In this document: in pieces, positions 20,989 to 30,381 of the stretch
Layout: every line of letters starts with the position of its first letter
Numbering within the stretch: position 1 is the first letter of the stretch
DNA from: an uncultured Verrucomicrobiae bacterium
GTDB taxonomy: Bacteria; Verrucomicrobiota; Verrucomicrobiia; Chthoniobacterales; JAFAMB01
Direction: 5' to 3'
Assembly (NCBI GenBank): GCA_963837955.1
Contig: CAWIPH010000002.1
Location: forward strand, 3,424,001 to 3,488,000
DNA: 64,000 nucleotides
The notes under the pieces: model-generated
Told to the model about the DNA's origin: nothing
What the model saw: the letters and a program-made list of their open reading frames with translations, nothing else
Databases searched by the model: none
Position numbers and translations under genes: made by a program

Positions 20989-21447
20989 ATGATGCGAAAG
21001 TTTACTAATTTAGCCATAGCGATGGGTGCCGGTCTCTGCTTCGGCGCGAGCGCACAAGCAGATGATCTTCGATTTACTACCTTGCCGCAGACCGTGCAAA
21101 CTACTGTAATTCGCGAGACGCGGATTCCGGATGCATCAAGTGTCACCCGCATTGTACGGGACAGCAGCGGAATCTATGTTGTTACGGTGCGAGGCACAAC
21201 AGGCGAACAGGTGGTCTATGTGAATGAGGCCGGCCTCATTGTGCAGGCACCGGTAACCGCTACCGTAGTTCAAAAGTCGGTTGAGACGGTTCAACCGGCG
21301 ATCGAGTCTTCGCAGACGGTAGTGACGTATGACCAAGTCCAACAAAACGTGTCGCGCTACCAACTGCTCGAGAAAAAGGGCACGAAAGAAGTATATCGGG
21401 ACAACAAGACCGGACAGAAAGTGATTGTTAAACGCGAAAACAACTAA
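20989..21447 (+). CDS. Secreted hypothetical protein, paralog 2 of 13569..14027
   Basis: Same 152-aa length, near-identical sequence, AAGGA RBS. Confidence 0.8.
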   Translation: MMRKFTNLAIAMGAGLCFGASAQADDLRFTTLPQTVQTTVIRETRIPDASSVTRIVRDSSGIYVVTVRGTTGEQVVYVNEAGLIVQAPVTATVVQKSVETVQPAIESSQTVVTYDQVQQNVSRYQLLEKKGTKEVYRDNKTGQKVIVKRENN

Positions 21448-21556
21448 GCCGTCCGCGTTGTTCTTCCGTGAAAGTGGAGACTGTGGCCGGAGCACCCGGC
21501 CGCAGCCAGTTGAGTAAAGATCAACCGCTGGCGGTAGACCGCCTGATCGAGGAAGG

Positions 21557-21660
21557 CGAAAATGTCTCCGATCAACCTAGGCGTATACTTCCATGCGACT
21601 CATTGTATGTCCTTAGGTTTTCTCTTCAGCGAGATAGTGAGAAGGACTCCAAGTGCGAAT
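21557..21660 (-). pseudogene. 3' remnant of a second LapA-family gene and its downstream flank
   Basis: Aligns to 14497-14601 (…TCATTGTATGTCCTTAGG…TCTCTTCAGCGA…). Confidence 0.7.
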
Positions 21661-21870
21661 ATGCACATCCTCAAAGCCATGGCACGCTGTAGCTACTCTC
21701 CTTCAGATGACTTGAAGAGGAAAGAGCAACCGACCAGAAGTTGACTAAATTGGGGAAGGCCGCAATTAACGTGGCTGCGTGAAGTAAAGTTCAAAGTCCG
21801 GTCCCGGATGGCGTTGGTGCTCGGAGGCGGATGAATCGGCGGCAGTCTCTGGATAAAGTGCTCGGCACAG

Positions 21871-23301
21871 GTGAGGCGAACGGGATTGACAAAAGCTGAA
21901 ATTCGCCAGAAAAGCTTTTCAGATTTGGCACGCAAAAAACAGTCGGGCCGTCCTAAGGTCAACCCCGCAATCAAAGTCGCGGCTGCGGAAGGCGACACAA
22001 TAATCTCTGCCGTGCCCAGAAAAGCCGGTCCTGGCAAACGCCATTCCTGGGTACGGAATGTTCTAAAAATCTTGGGTCCGGGACTGGTTACAGGTGCAGC
22101 TGACGATGATCCGAGCGGCATAGCCACTTACTCCAGCGTCGGTGCCCAATACGGGTATTCGATGCTTTGGACGATGCTTTTTATTTATCCGTTCATGGCC
22201 GCCATTCAGGAGATCAGCGGACGTCTGGGTCGCATTACCGGTCGAGGCATCGCCGGTAACATTCACCGATTCTATCCCCGATGGGCATTGTACTCGGTCG
22301 TTGCGCTGCTATTGCTGGCAAACATCATCAACATTGGAGCGGATATCGGAGCAATGGGTGCTGCGGTCAATCTGTTGATTGGTGGCCCCGCTTTGGTTTA
22401 CTGCGTGATCTTCGCTGTCATCTCAGTACTTTTGCAGGTTTTCGTCCCCTACAAAACATACTCAGTGGTCCTCAAATGGCTCACCCTGTCTCTTTTTGCT
22501 TACGTAGGTACAGTCTTTGTCACACACATATCCTGGACGGAAGCTCTGCGCGGAACCTTCCTTCCGACGCTTTTGTTTGATCGTGAGTCTATGGCAGCCC
22601 TGATCGCTGTTTTGGGAACGACGATAAGTCCATACCTATTCTTCTGGCAGTCTGGCGAAGAGGTTGAACAAATGCACGCCACTCCGAAAGAAAGACCGCT
22701 TAGAGAAGGGTCCCGTCAGGCATCGGAGAAGCCGATGCAAAGGATCGCGATCGATACCTATCTTGGGATGGCGTTTTCCAATCTGATCGCCTACTTCATC
22801 ATTCTGACTGTCGCAGTTACTCTGCACGCCCATGGGAAGACCGATATCGGCAGCGCGGCCCAGGCTGCTGAGGCTCTTCGTCCGATTGCAGGACCCTTTG
22901 CTTCGCTGCTTTTTAGCCTAGGGATTGTGGGAACAGGTTTACTAGCGTTGCCAGTTCTCGGTGGCTCGGCAGCCTACGCCGTAGGGGAAGCCTTGCGCTG
23001 GCCAGTGGGCCTGGAACGAAAGCTCAAGGGAGCGAAAGCATTTTATGGGGTACTGGCAGTTGCGACACTGATAGGGTTAGTGATTAATTTCACAAAGCTC
23101 GATCCCATCAAAGCGCTGGTTTGGGCGGCAATTATCAACGGCGTTACGGCGGCCCCAGTCATGTGTTTTATGATGCTGATGGCCAGCAATCCAAAGATCA
23201 TTGGTCAGCTGCATCTTCCCGTCTACTTAAAAGCTGTTGGATGGGCGGCGGCCGGTATCATGGCGCTGGCCGCAATCGGAATGTTTCTTACTTCGGGGTA
23301 A
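21871..23301 (+). CDS. NRAMP-family divalent metal transporter
   Basis: GPGLVTGAADDDPSGIATYS, LGTTISPYLFFWQ, multiple TM helices. Confidence 0.92.
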   Translation: MRRTGLTKAEIRQKSFSDLARKKQSGRPKVNPAIKVAAAEGDTIISAVPRKAGPGKRHSWVRNVLKILGPGLVTGAADDDPSGIATYSSVGAQYGYSMLWTMLFIYPFMAAIQEISGRLGRITGRGIAGNIHRFYPRWALYSVVALLLLANIINIGADIGAMGAAVNLLIGGPALVYCVIFAVISVLLQVFVPYKTYSVVLKWLTLSLFAYVGTVFVTHISWTEALRGTFLPTLLFDRESMAALIAVLGTTISPYLFFWQSGEEVEQMHATPKERPLREGSRQASEKPMQRIAIDTYLGMAFSNLIAYFIILTVAVTLHAHGKTDIGSAAQAAEALRPIAGPFASLLFSLGIVGTGLLALPVLGGSAAYAVGEALRWPVGLERKLKGAKAFYGVLAVATLIGLVINFTKLDPIKALVWAAIINGVTAAPVMCFMMLMASNPKIIGQLHLPVYLKAVGWAAAGIMALAAIGMFLTSG

Positions 23302-23322
23302 TAACAATTTTTATCTCTTGCC

Positions 23323-25146
23323 TTGCCGAACAACCTCATATCTGAAAAGCCGGTCGAACTCGGGAAGCTAATCCAGGTAGCATACCTCGTTGTCATTCTC
23401 TCGGCCTTTGCTTGGGCGAAGGAGCTGTTGCTCCCGCTAATTCTGGCGGTTCTGATCAGCTTTTTGTTAGCGCCCGTTGTGTCTCGCCTGGAACGTTGGA
23501 GATTTCCCCGCACGGCAGCCGTCCTTAGCGTCGTTGCGGTTGTCTTCGCCCTGATCGGAGGCCTCTGCTCGACGCTTTCACTGGAGGGTTTGGATCTAGT
23601 AAACTCTCTGCCCAAATACCGCGATAATATTCATGCCAGATGGGCGGCCATTCAGCAGGGGCCGCCCGGCCCGCTCAATCTGGCACTTAGCAACGTTGAC
23701 GCGCTGATTACCGATCTAGGAAAAGTCACGGCATCTGGAGGCGTTCGACAGCCGGAGGCAACCAAGGTCCAGATTGTTAGCGGTGCTGACAGTGTACTTG
23801 CGATTGTGAAGAATAGCTTGACGCCGGTAGCGGGTCCTATCGGGGAATTTGCCCTGGTCGTTGTGCTCGTAGTTTTTATGCTTTTAGAGCGAAACCGACT
23901 CCGCGTTCGGTTTCTTCGCCTGATTGGACACTCACGCGTTGCGACGACCAATCTTGCAGTGGACGAGGTCGGATCCAAATTAAGCCGTTTTCTATTGGGG
24001 CAGTTGCTGGTGAACACCGGATATGCACTACTGCTTGGGCTCGGGCTCTTTCTAATCGGTATCCCGAACGCGCTGCTCTGGGCAGTTCTGACCCTGCTAT
24101 TGCGGTTTTTGCCATACGTCGGCCTCTGGATATCTGCTTTCTTCCCGTTGCTATTATCTATTGCCATTTCCACAAGCTGGAAGGAGCCGATACTGACTCT
24201 GGCCCTCTACGGGTCGCTGGAAGTGTTCACCAACAATGTTGTGGAACCTTTTGTCTTAGGCCGTAGCACCGGAATGTCACCGCTGGCCATAATCGTATCC
24301 GCCCTATTCTGGACGTGGCTTTGGGGTCCGATCGGTTTGTTGCTCGCGACACCGCTCACCGCTTGCCTGGTAGTGTTGGGTCGCTATTTTCCGGCATTTA
24401 ATATTTGCAGTGTTTTGTTAGCCGCAGAGCCACCCTCCTCCTCGGAAACAAGATTCATTCTTCTCCTTACGGAAAACCGCCTTCCGGAGGCCAAAGCACT
24501 CCTGCAGACATTGGGAGGGATGCAACTTTCAGTAGGAATCGCCGAAGAACTAATTTTGCCGACTCTCCGAGCAGTCGAAAACGATCTTTATCCGGGAACT
24601 AATCCAACAAAGTCTCGGATTTATGCGGAACTGCGCGAACTGATCGAGGAAATGACTGTTGAAGGCTCAACGCAATTGGAGCCACCGCCAGAACAATCAA
24701 CACCTAAACAGCCCGGAACGGCTATCGTGCCGTTCATGGGCGAAGGCGACGAAATTGTGGGGAGAGTTATCGCGCGTTTGCTGGCTGCTAAAGGGATCGG
24801 CACGGATTTGTTATCCTGGCGAACTCTTCGCGTGGAGAAAGTGGATCGTCTGAAGGAATTAAGAGCCCCGTGGATTTTGCTCTCCGCGATCGAGTCAAGA
24901 TCGGTAATCACCGTGGGTAGAATGGCGCATTCCATTAAGCTTGAGCTCCCCGATGCTCTGATTCTGGTTGGCCTTTGGAGTGTGCCAACCGAAGGCGCCG
25001 CGCGATGGGTAAGAAGAATTAAGGAGTCTTCCGGAAGCGCTCTTTACACCAATATCGATCAGGCGGTTGAAGGGATTGCTTCTCTGGTTCCGCAAGTCGG
25101 TGATGAACTCCAGGCGCGCGCGGAAAACCCGACACAAGCGAGCTGA
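23323..25146 (+). CDS. AI-2E family transporter with a C-terminal soluble domain
   Basis: LLPLILAVLISFLLAP, LRFLPYVG, EP...G.S.G.SP, WTWLWGPIGLLLATPLT. Confidence 0.9.
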   Translation: MPNNLISEKPVELGKLIQVAYLVVILSAFAWAKELLLPLILAVLISFLLAPVVSRLERWRFPRTAAVLSVVAVVFALIGGLCSTLSLEGLDLVNSLPKYRDNIHARWAAIQQGPPGPLNLALSNVDALITDLGKVTASGGVRQPEATKVQIVSGADSVLAIVKNSLTPVAGPIGEFALVVVLVVFMLLERNRLRVRFLRLIGHSRVATTNLAVDEVGSKLSRFLLGQLLVNTGYALLLGLGLFLIGIPNALLWAVLTLLLRFLPYVGLWISAFFPLLLSIAISTSWKEPILTLALYGSLEVFTNNVVEPFVLGRSTGMSPLAIIVSALFWTWLWGPIGLLLATPLTACLVVLGRYFPAFNICSVLLAAEPPSSSETRFILLLTENRLPEAKALLQTLGGMQLSVGIAEELILPTLRAVENDLYPGTNPTKSRIYAELRELIEEMTVEGSTQLEPPPEQSTPKQPGTAIVPFMGEGDEIVGRVIARLLAAKGIGTDLLSWRTLRVEKVDRLKELRAPWILLSAIESRSVITVGRMAHSIKLELPDALILVGLWSVPTEGAARWVRRIKESSGSALYTNIDQAVEGIASLVPQVGDELQARAENPTQAS

Positions 25147-25161
25147 CGCAGTTAAGCATCT

Positions 25162-26262
25162 ATGAACCATCCCGTCCCCCCAAATGACAGTTCGGATGGT
25201 TCAACCCCCGAGGACCTCGGAAAGTTTGTCAATCTCTGGTTCGCAGTTGCAGTGATCGGATTGTTCGTCTTTGCCTTTTTCTACACCCTGAAGGTAGCGG
25301 TTGACCTTTTTCTCCCCATCGTGCTTGCAGGTTTTCTCGGTTTCCTGCTAACGCCTATCACCAGATGGTTAAAGAAAATCGGTTTGTCAAACTTTTGGGC
25401 ACCGCTTGTCGGCACCCTCGGCTTTTTGACCATCTTGATCTGCCTTTTTGCCGCGCTGGGTGTATCATTAGCGAGGTTCGAACCTGATTTCCCCCGCTAT
25501 CTCGATCACATTCAGGAACGTTTGACGCCAATCCTTCAAGCTGTCCAGAAAAGTTCTCCATCGATCGACCGCCTAGGCGCCTGGTTGAACCCAGGCAACA
25601 TCCTTCAGGTAAGCATCCGCGGGCCAAGCTTTGTGGAGATGGCTCTGAAGAACGCGCCGAAATTTTTGGCGATTCTGGTCATTGTTCACGTACTTGCTTT
25701 CTTCCTTCTGCTGTACGGAGGCCGGCTCCTCAAAAAGCTCGTCGATATGATCCCGGGTGTGTCAGAGAAACAAAACGTCGTCGAAATCGCGTCCGAGATT
25801 GAGCAAACCGCCGCGCGTTACTTTACTTCGGTCACGCTGATCAATGCCGGTTTAGGGGTGAGTGTTTGGATCTCCGTCGGTTTACTGGGACTACCCCATC
25901 CGTTGCTTTGGGGTGTTGCTGCGTTTTTGCTCCATTACATTCCCTTCGTGGGATCAACGGGTGGCATCGTGGCAATGACGCTTGTTTCACTGATTCATTT
26001 TGATTCGGTCTGGTACGCCCTGTTGCCACCTCTGGCCTATGTCTTTTGTGCGATGATTGAAGGAAACCTAGCGACGCCGCTGTTCCTTGGGCGCTGGTTA
26101 ACCCTGAACCCGATCGCCATCCTGCTGACTTTTCTTCTTTGGTCCTACCTCTGGGGTGTGGCCGGCACTCTGCTCGCTGTTCCCCTCCTGGCGACCTTCA
26201 AAATATTCTGCGATCGAATTGAGCCACTGAGACGGGTGGGCTCATTCCTTGGGCGACCGTAA
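25162..26262 (+). CDS. AI-2E family transporter
   Basis: YIPFVG, IEGNLATP, LNP, WSYLWGVAGTLLAVPLL. Confidence 0.9.
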   Translation: MNHPVPPNDSSDGSTPEDLGKFVNLWFAVAVIGLFVFAFFYTLKVAVDLFLPIVLAGFLGFLLTPITRWLKKIGLSNFWAPLVGTLGFLTILICLFAALGVSLARFEPDFPRYLDHIQERLTPILQAVQKSSPSIDRLGAWLNPGNILQVSIRGPSFVEMALKNAPKFLAILVIVHVLAFFLLLYGGRLLKKLVDMIPGVSEKQNVVEIASEIEQTAARYFTSVTLINAGLGVSVWISVGLLGLPHPLLWGVAAFLLHYIPFVGSTGGIVAMTLVSLIHFDSVWYALLPPLAYVFCAMIEGNLATPLFLGRWLTLNPIAILLTFLLWSYLWGVAGTLLAVPLLATFKIFCDRIEPLRRVGSFLGRP

Positions 26263-26378
26263 ATACGGTTAAAGCCGAAAGCGACTCTTTCCAGTCCCAT
26301 TTTTTCCCGCGATTGGCGCGACTGGAAAAGTGAATTTTACAGTCTGGCCAGTCCATCCTCGATTTCCGGCGGTCGACT

Positions 26379-26450
26379 TTTGCCATACGCAAAAGCGAGA
26401 GCAACCCTTCGGGAACGGTATTGGAGAAGCTTATGGATCCGGGCAAGAAT
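26379..26450 (+). promoter_or_regulatory. Repeated element, copy J (closest to copy E)
   Basis: tttgccATACgcaaaagCGAGagcaaccCTTCgggaacgGTATTGGAGAAGCTtatgGATCCGGGCAAGAAT; upstream of the oxidoreductase. Confidence 0.78.
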
Positions 26451-26506
26451 CATAGGCCGTTTCAGATCTGACTACGGGGCCTTTGAAGCGGCTAAGGGAC
26501 AATTGT

Positions 26507-27227
26507 ATGAAGATCGGAATTATCGGAGCGGGGAAAGTTGGCGGTGGCCTTGGAAAGTTGTGGGTTAAAGCCGGACATCAAGTCCTCTTCAGTTCGCGTC
26601 ATCCAAAGCGCCTAAGAGTGCTAGTCGAAGAAGCGGGACCAGGAGCGTATCTCGGCGACGTTGGAGATGCGGCTCTGTTTGGCGATGTAATCTTGTTCTC
26701 GCCAAATTTCTGGGGCGTGGACGATGCATTAGCAGGCCGCGGGACCAATGAAAGGGAGGACAGTGATCGATGTCACAAACCCGGTCGAGTGGAATCCGAA
26801 CGGCAGGATGGTCCGTTCTCTGCCTCAGTCAACCTCGGCGGGCGAAGAGCTGGCTAAAAAACTTCCAAATGCTCGCGTCGTTAAAGCATTCAGCACCATT
26901 CCTGCGTCTTTCATTCCGCACGCGACTTACCGAACCGGCCCGCTTCAGCGTTTGGTCGTGTTTTACTGCGGCGATTACCAAACATCAAAAGCAATTGTTC
27001 ATCAATTAGTCACGGATAGTGGATTTGTCGGTCTTGATGCTGGCCGGCTGCGAATGGCCAAAGAACTTGAGGCTCCAGGTCGAATGAATCGAGCCGGTCT
27101 CATAGGGATCGCACAAGCTAAGCGTCTACTTAATCAGCTCACTGGTTCGGTCCAAAATGAGTCGCTAGTGTCTTACGTTTCTAACGAACCAGCATTCGTT
27201 GAGGAAGCGGGCGCGTCCGCGAATTAG
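26507..27227 (+). CDS. NADP oxidoreductase, F420-dependent family, with a +1 frameshift at about 26733
   Basis: MKIGIIGAGKVGGGLG in frame 1, then VIDVTNP...VVKAFSTI...YCGD in frame 2. Confidence 0.85.
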
Positions 27228-27232
27228 AAGGT

Positions 27233-27276
27233 CACTGATCAGTGATTACTGATTACTGATTACTGATTACTGATTA
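27233..27276. repeat. Heptamer tandem repeat (TGATTAC)n
   Basis: …gtgattactgattactgattactgattactgatta. Confidence 0.9.
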
Positions 27277-27413
27277 ATAAAAGGGGCGGTGAGAGATTTC
27301 TACCGAGAACTTGCCGATATGCATCCACTAATCACTTCTCACCTGTCACCTCTCATGCGCTGGATCCCTGAGCCGGGAGGATCAGGCTACGTAAGAGAAC
27401 GAAATTTGCGGCG

Positions 27414-28064
27414 TCAACGCTTCGAGGACTGCAAGTCACGCAACGGAACTGTCGGCTTGATGTTCTGCTGCGTGTGTATACTCAGCTCAGTCTGTTCCCA
27501 CGTATCGATCGTGGTCTTCAGTCGCGGCTCAAGTTTTCGCATCATACCGCTGCAGTAATCATAGTATTGCCGCAACCACTCGCGCCGGTACTCGAAATTG
27601 TCTGCTTTATTAGAATTGTCCCACATCTGGATGGCAGTAGGATCCAGTTGAGCGATGGTCTGAATCTGGCGAAATCGAACCTTGTCTTTCACATCTTGTT
27701 CAGCCAGCGGTTTGGGCTTAGGAGTCGGCGTTCCGATCGGTATGCCCTGAGGGAGTAGGTCGGCCGGATTAGGACCGGGAGTTGGTGTGGGCGGTAACTT
27801 GCCGGATTCTGGTAGGAGATCGGGGGCGGAAGGTGGCGGAGTTGGAATCGGAACACTGTCCGGGTTTGGCAAAAGATCGCGCGGTATTTTCGGGATCGGT
27901 GTCGCCGATGGCGAAGGCGAAGATGAGGCGGAGGCTGAAGGCGAAGGGGCACTTAATGGCGACGGGGAAGGTGACGGCGAGGCCGACGCGCTCGGTTGCG
28001 CGGTTTGGGCCCGCCCAGTGACCCCTGCAAAACAGAAAACTACGACCAAGAAAATCCGCACCAT
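27414..28064 (-). CDS. Secreted Pro/Ser-rich hypothetical protein
   Basis: Signal peptide, (SP)n linker, three PxDLLP repeats, helical C-terminal domain. Confidence 0.75.
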   Translation of the reverse strand: MVRIFLVVVFCFAGVTGRAQTAQPSASASPSPSPSPLSAPSPSASASSSPSPSATPIPKIPRDLLPNPDSVPIPTPPPSAPDLLPESGKLPPTPTPGPNPADLLPQGIPIGTPTPKPKPLAEQDVKDKVRFRQIQTIAQLDPTAIQMWDNSNKADNFEYRREWLRQYYDYCSGMMRKLEPRLKTTIDTWEQTELSIHTQQNIKPTVPLRDLQSSKR

Positions 28065-28224
28065 AACTAGTTTGGGATACTAGCGCGGGTTTACTCGAAA
28101 AAAAGGGCAAACCGGACCGTCTGAAAGCAGCCTATGCTCGATAACAAGTTTGCGCATCCCCGAAGGCCAGTAGGATTGACAATTTCCACGACCGAAGCGG
28201 ATTATACCATTCAATGAACAGCCT

Positions 28225-29172
28225 ATGCGCGATTCTCTGCCTGGGTTGATTTGGGCTGGGTCAATCTTTGCGTTGTCACTCGCGCCCGCCAGCGCAGTTA
28301 CATCGACACCAGGATCGACGCCGCTCCCAACTACAGCCTCTGCGGAAGACGCCACTGCCAGCTCGGCCCAGGAGCCGAGGCACCTGCAGTCCGACGCTGT
28401 AAAAGCGTTTCGGAAGACTGCTCTACAGGTGGAGTTTCCCAGTAAAGGCTTGACTCTCCGCGGCTGGGTTTACAAGCCAGCCGGCCATGGTCCGTTCCCA
28501 GCGATCGTTTGGAATCATGGCGCGGAAAAGATCCCTTCCGCTCGGCCCGAGCTTGGTCTGTTTTGCACCCAACACGGTTACTTAGTCTTTGTGCCGGTTC
28601 GGCATGGGCATAGCCCGTCGCCCGGGGAATACTTTGGCGATACGATCCAAGAGTACATCGCGTCTGGCGAAGACCGAGCTTCTATTCAAAAAAAGGCGGT
28701 TGCACTCGAAGAGGAGTATAACGAAGACGTTGTCGCCGCTCTGGTTTGGTTGAAAAAACAGACGTTTACAAAAGCCGATTCAATCGCGATTACCGGCGTG
28801 GCGTACGGCGGTTTACAGTCGTTGCTCGCAGCAGAAAAAGGTCTCGACCTACGTGCTTGTATTGCCTTCGGCCCGGGGGCGATCTCCTGGAGCAACGGAG
28901 AAATACGACAGCGAGCAATAGCGGCAGTCCAGCGTATGAATGTGCCGGTGTTCTTAATCCAAGCCGAGAATGACTATACCCTGGGACCCTCTAACGTGCT
29001 TGGTCCGATCATCAGCAATAAAGGGGGCGCAAACCGAACAAAAATCTATCCGGCATTTGGAACGACCCATGCAGAAGGACAATTCGGATTCGCCTGCTGG
29101 GAAGAGGGTATCAAGATTTGGGGCAATGATTTTCTGGACTTTCTGAAAGCAGCTGGAATGAGCGGTGGGTGA
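28225..29172 (+). CDS. Secreted dienelactone hydrolase / S9-like alpha/beta hydrolase
   Basis: GPFPAIVWNHG, GVAYGG at the nucleophile elbow, PVFLIQAEND. Confidence 0.8.
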   Translation: MRDSLPGLIWAGSIFALSLAPASAVTSTPGSTPLPTTASAEDATASSAQEPRHLQSDAVKAFRKTALQVEFPSKGLTLRGWVYKPAGHGPFPAIVWNHGAEKIPSARPELGLFCTQHGYLVFVPVRHGHSPSPGEYFGDTIQEYIASGEDRASIQKKAVALEEEYNEDVVAALVWLKKQTFTKADSIAITGVAYGGLQSLLAAEKGLDLRACIAFGPGAISWSNGEIRQRAIAAVQRMNVPVFLIQAENDYTLGPSNVLGPIISNKGGANRTKIYPAFGTTHAEGQFGFACWEEGIKIWGNDFLDFLKAAGMSGG

Positions 29173-29255
29173 TTGGTGATTGGTGATTGGTGATTGGTGA
29201 TTGGTGATTGGTGATTGGTGATTGGTGATTGGGGATTGGGGATTGGGGATTGGGG
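29171..29255. repeat. Heptamer tandem repeat (GATTGGT)x~8 followed by (GATTGGG)x~4
   Basis: Seen directly; the reverse complement includes CCCCAAT. Confidence 0.95.
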
Positions 29256-29362
29256 AGAGCAAGAGTCAGGAGCGCGGAGACAGACACGGGATATCGGATG
29301 CTGCACGGGAAGACGGGGGGCCGGAAACGGCCACTGATCCCCTTAATTAATATAGGTTTCGC

Positions 29363-29738
29363 TTACCCGCTGGCAGCTCCTAGCTGGACCGGCTTGCCGT
29401 GGGGGGTTCGTCGGTACGCCTCGGCCCAGGCCTCTTTTCGCGCGAGCAACGAAGCGGGATCGGTCAAGCCCTTGGCCGCGACCAAGTGTTCGAGAGCCGC
29501 CAGCCAATCATCATAATAATGCGAACCATCGTCGGGTTCTCCGCGGCTCGTGGCGGTCTCGAGCTCGTTGGCGAGTGCAGCCGCCCATTCCTTCCATGTG
29601 AAATGCCCTTGCTCGGAGAGCTTCACCGCGAGCGCGAACGCCTGGGCCTGCCAAGGCTCGGCAAATACCGGCCCACCCTCGTCTCGCGGCAGCGCGCTTG
29701 GAGGCGCCCGGTTTCCAATATAGAATCAGGCGACTCAA
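29363..29738 (-). CDS. Nitrile hydratase accessory/activator protein (5' end frameshifted)
   Basis: LPRDEGGPVFAEPWQAQAFALAVKL...FTWKEWAAAL...YYDDWLAALE...WAEAYRRTPHGKPV. Confidence 0.88.
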
Positions 29739-30381
29739 GGTACTCGTCCCACATATCGATATACACGGCATCGCGCGACGAGACTTGCTCCCCCCACAGC
29801 TCGCGCGCGGCGAACCGAACCGTGTACAGGTGTTGCGGCTGCTCGCCGAGAGAATCGGCGTTGGTGTCCGGGAAGACGTAGACGCCATGGTCCAGATGGA
29901 TTGTGCCAAGCTTACCGCGCGCATAGCGTGGCAGTCGCGTGTGACCGGTCGGATGGATGTTGCGGGCACGTACGCGCTCGCCCACCTTGAATCGAGCCGT
30001 CACCCGTACTTCTCGGCTCTTGGGTCGGCCTTTCGCGAGCATGCCGGGAACGGCACTCGAAATGAGCGCGGGCGTGGCCTTTGGTGAGCCTGCCGCCGGC
30101 CTGCCGTTCTCGACTTCCGCGCGACTGACCAGCCCGTTCTTAACCATTAGCTCGACGAGTGAGTGCAGCCATTGCTCATAGTAGCTCATCCGCAGATAAT
30201 CGGCGCGGGAATAAGCTCGACCGCGTGACGAGAAGCATCGGTGGTCCATTTGCCCAGGCCCTCATCGCGCGGTTGAGTGCGAACACCCGGGCTTCCCAAG
30301 GCTCGTGAAATACCGGTTCGTTTCTTCGTATTGGATCGGGCCCATCCCGTGCATGCCGCCCATGTCATGCACGCCATTCAT
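29726..30381 (-). CDS. nthB: Nitrile hydratase beta subunit (about four single-base deletions)
   Basis: Reconstructed as [16 protein letters not shown]…EPVFHEPWEARVFA…YLRMSYYEQW…GHTRLPRYARGK…LYTVRF…ELWG…DMWDEYL. Confidence 0.9.

Noticed and set aside
11512..26450. Repeated element as a CRISPR array or integron attC sites
   Set aside because: Copies are irregularly spaced, in both orientations and degenerate. There are no cas or integrase genes and no RYYYAAC/GTTRRRY ends.
28954..29516. ORFs with PITNHQS / GIGDWGL repeats
   Set aside because: These are translations of the heptamer DNA repeat, not real proteins.
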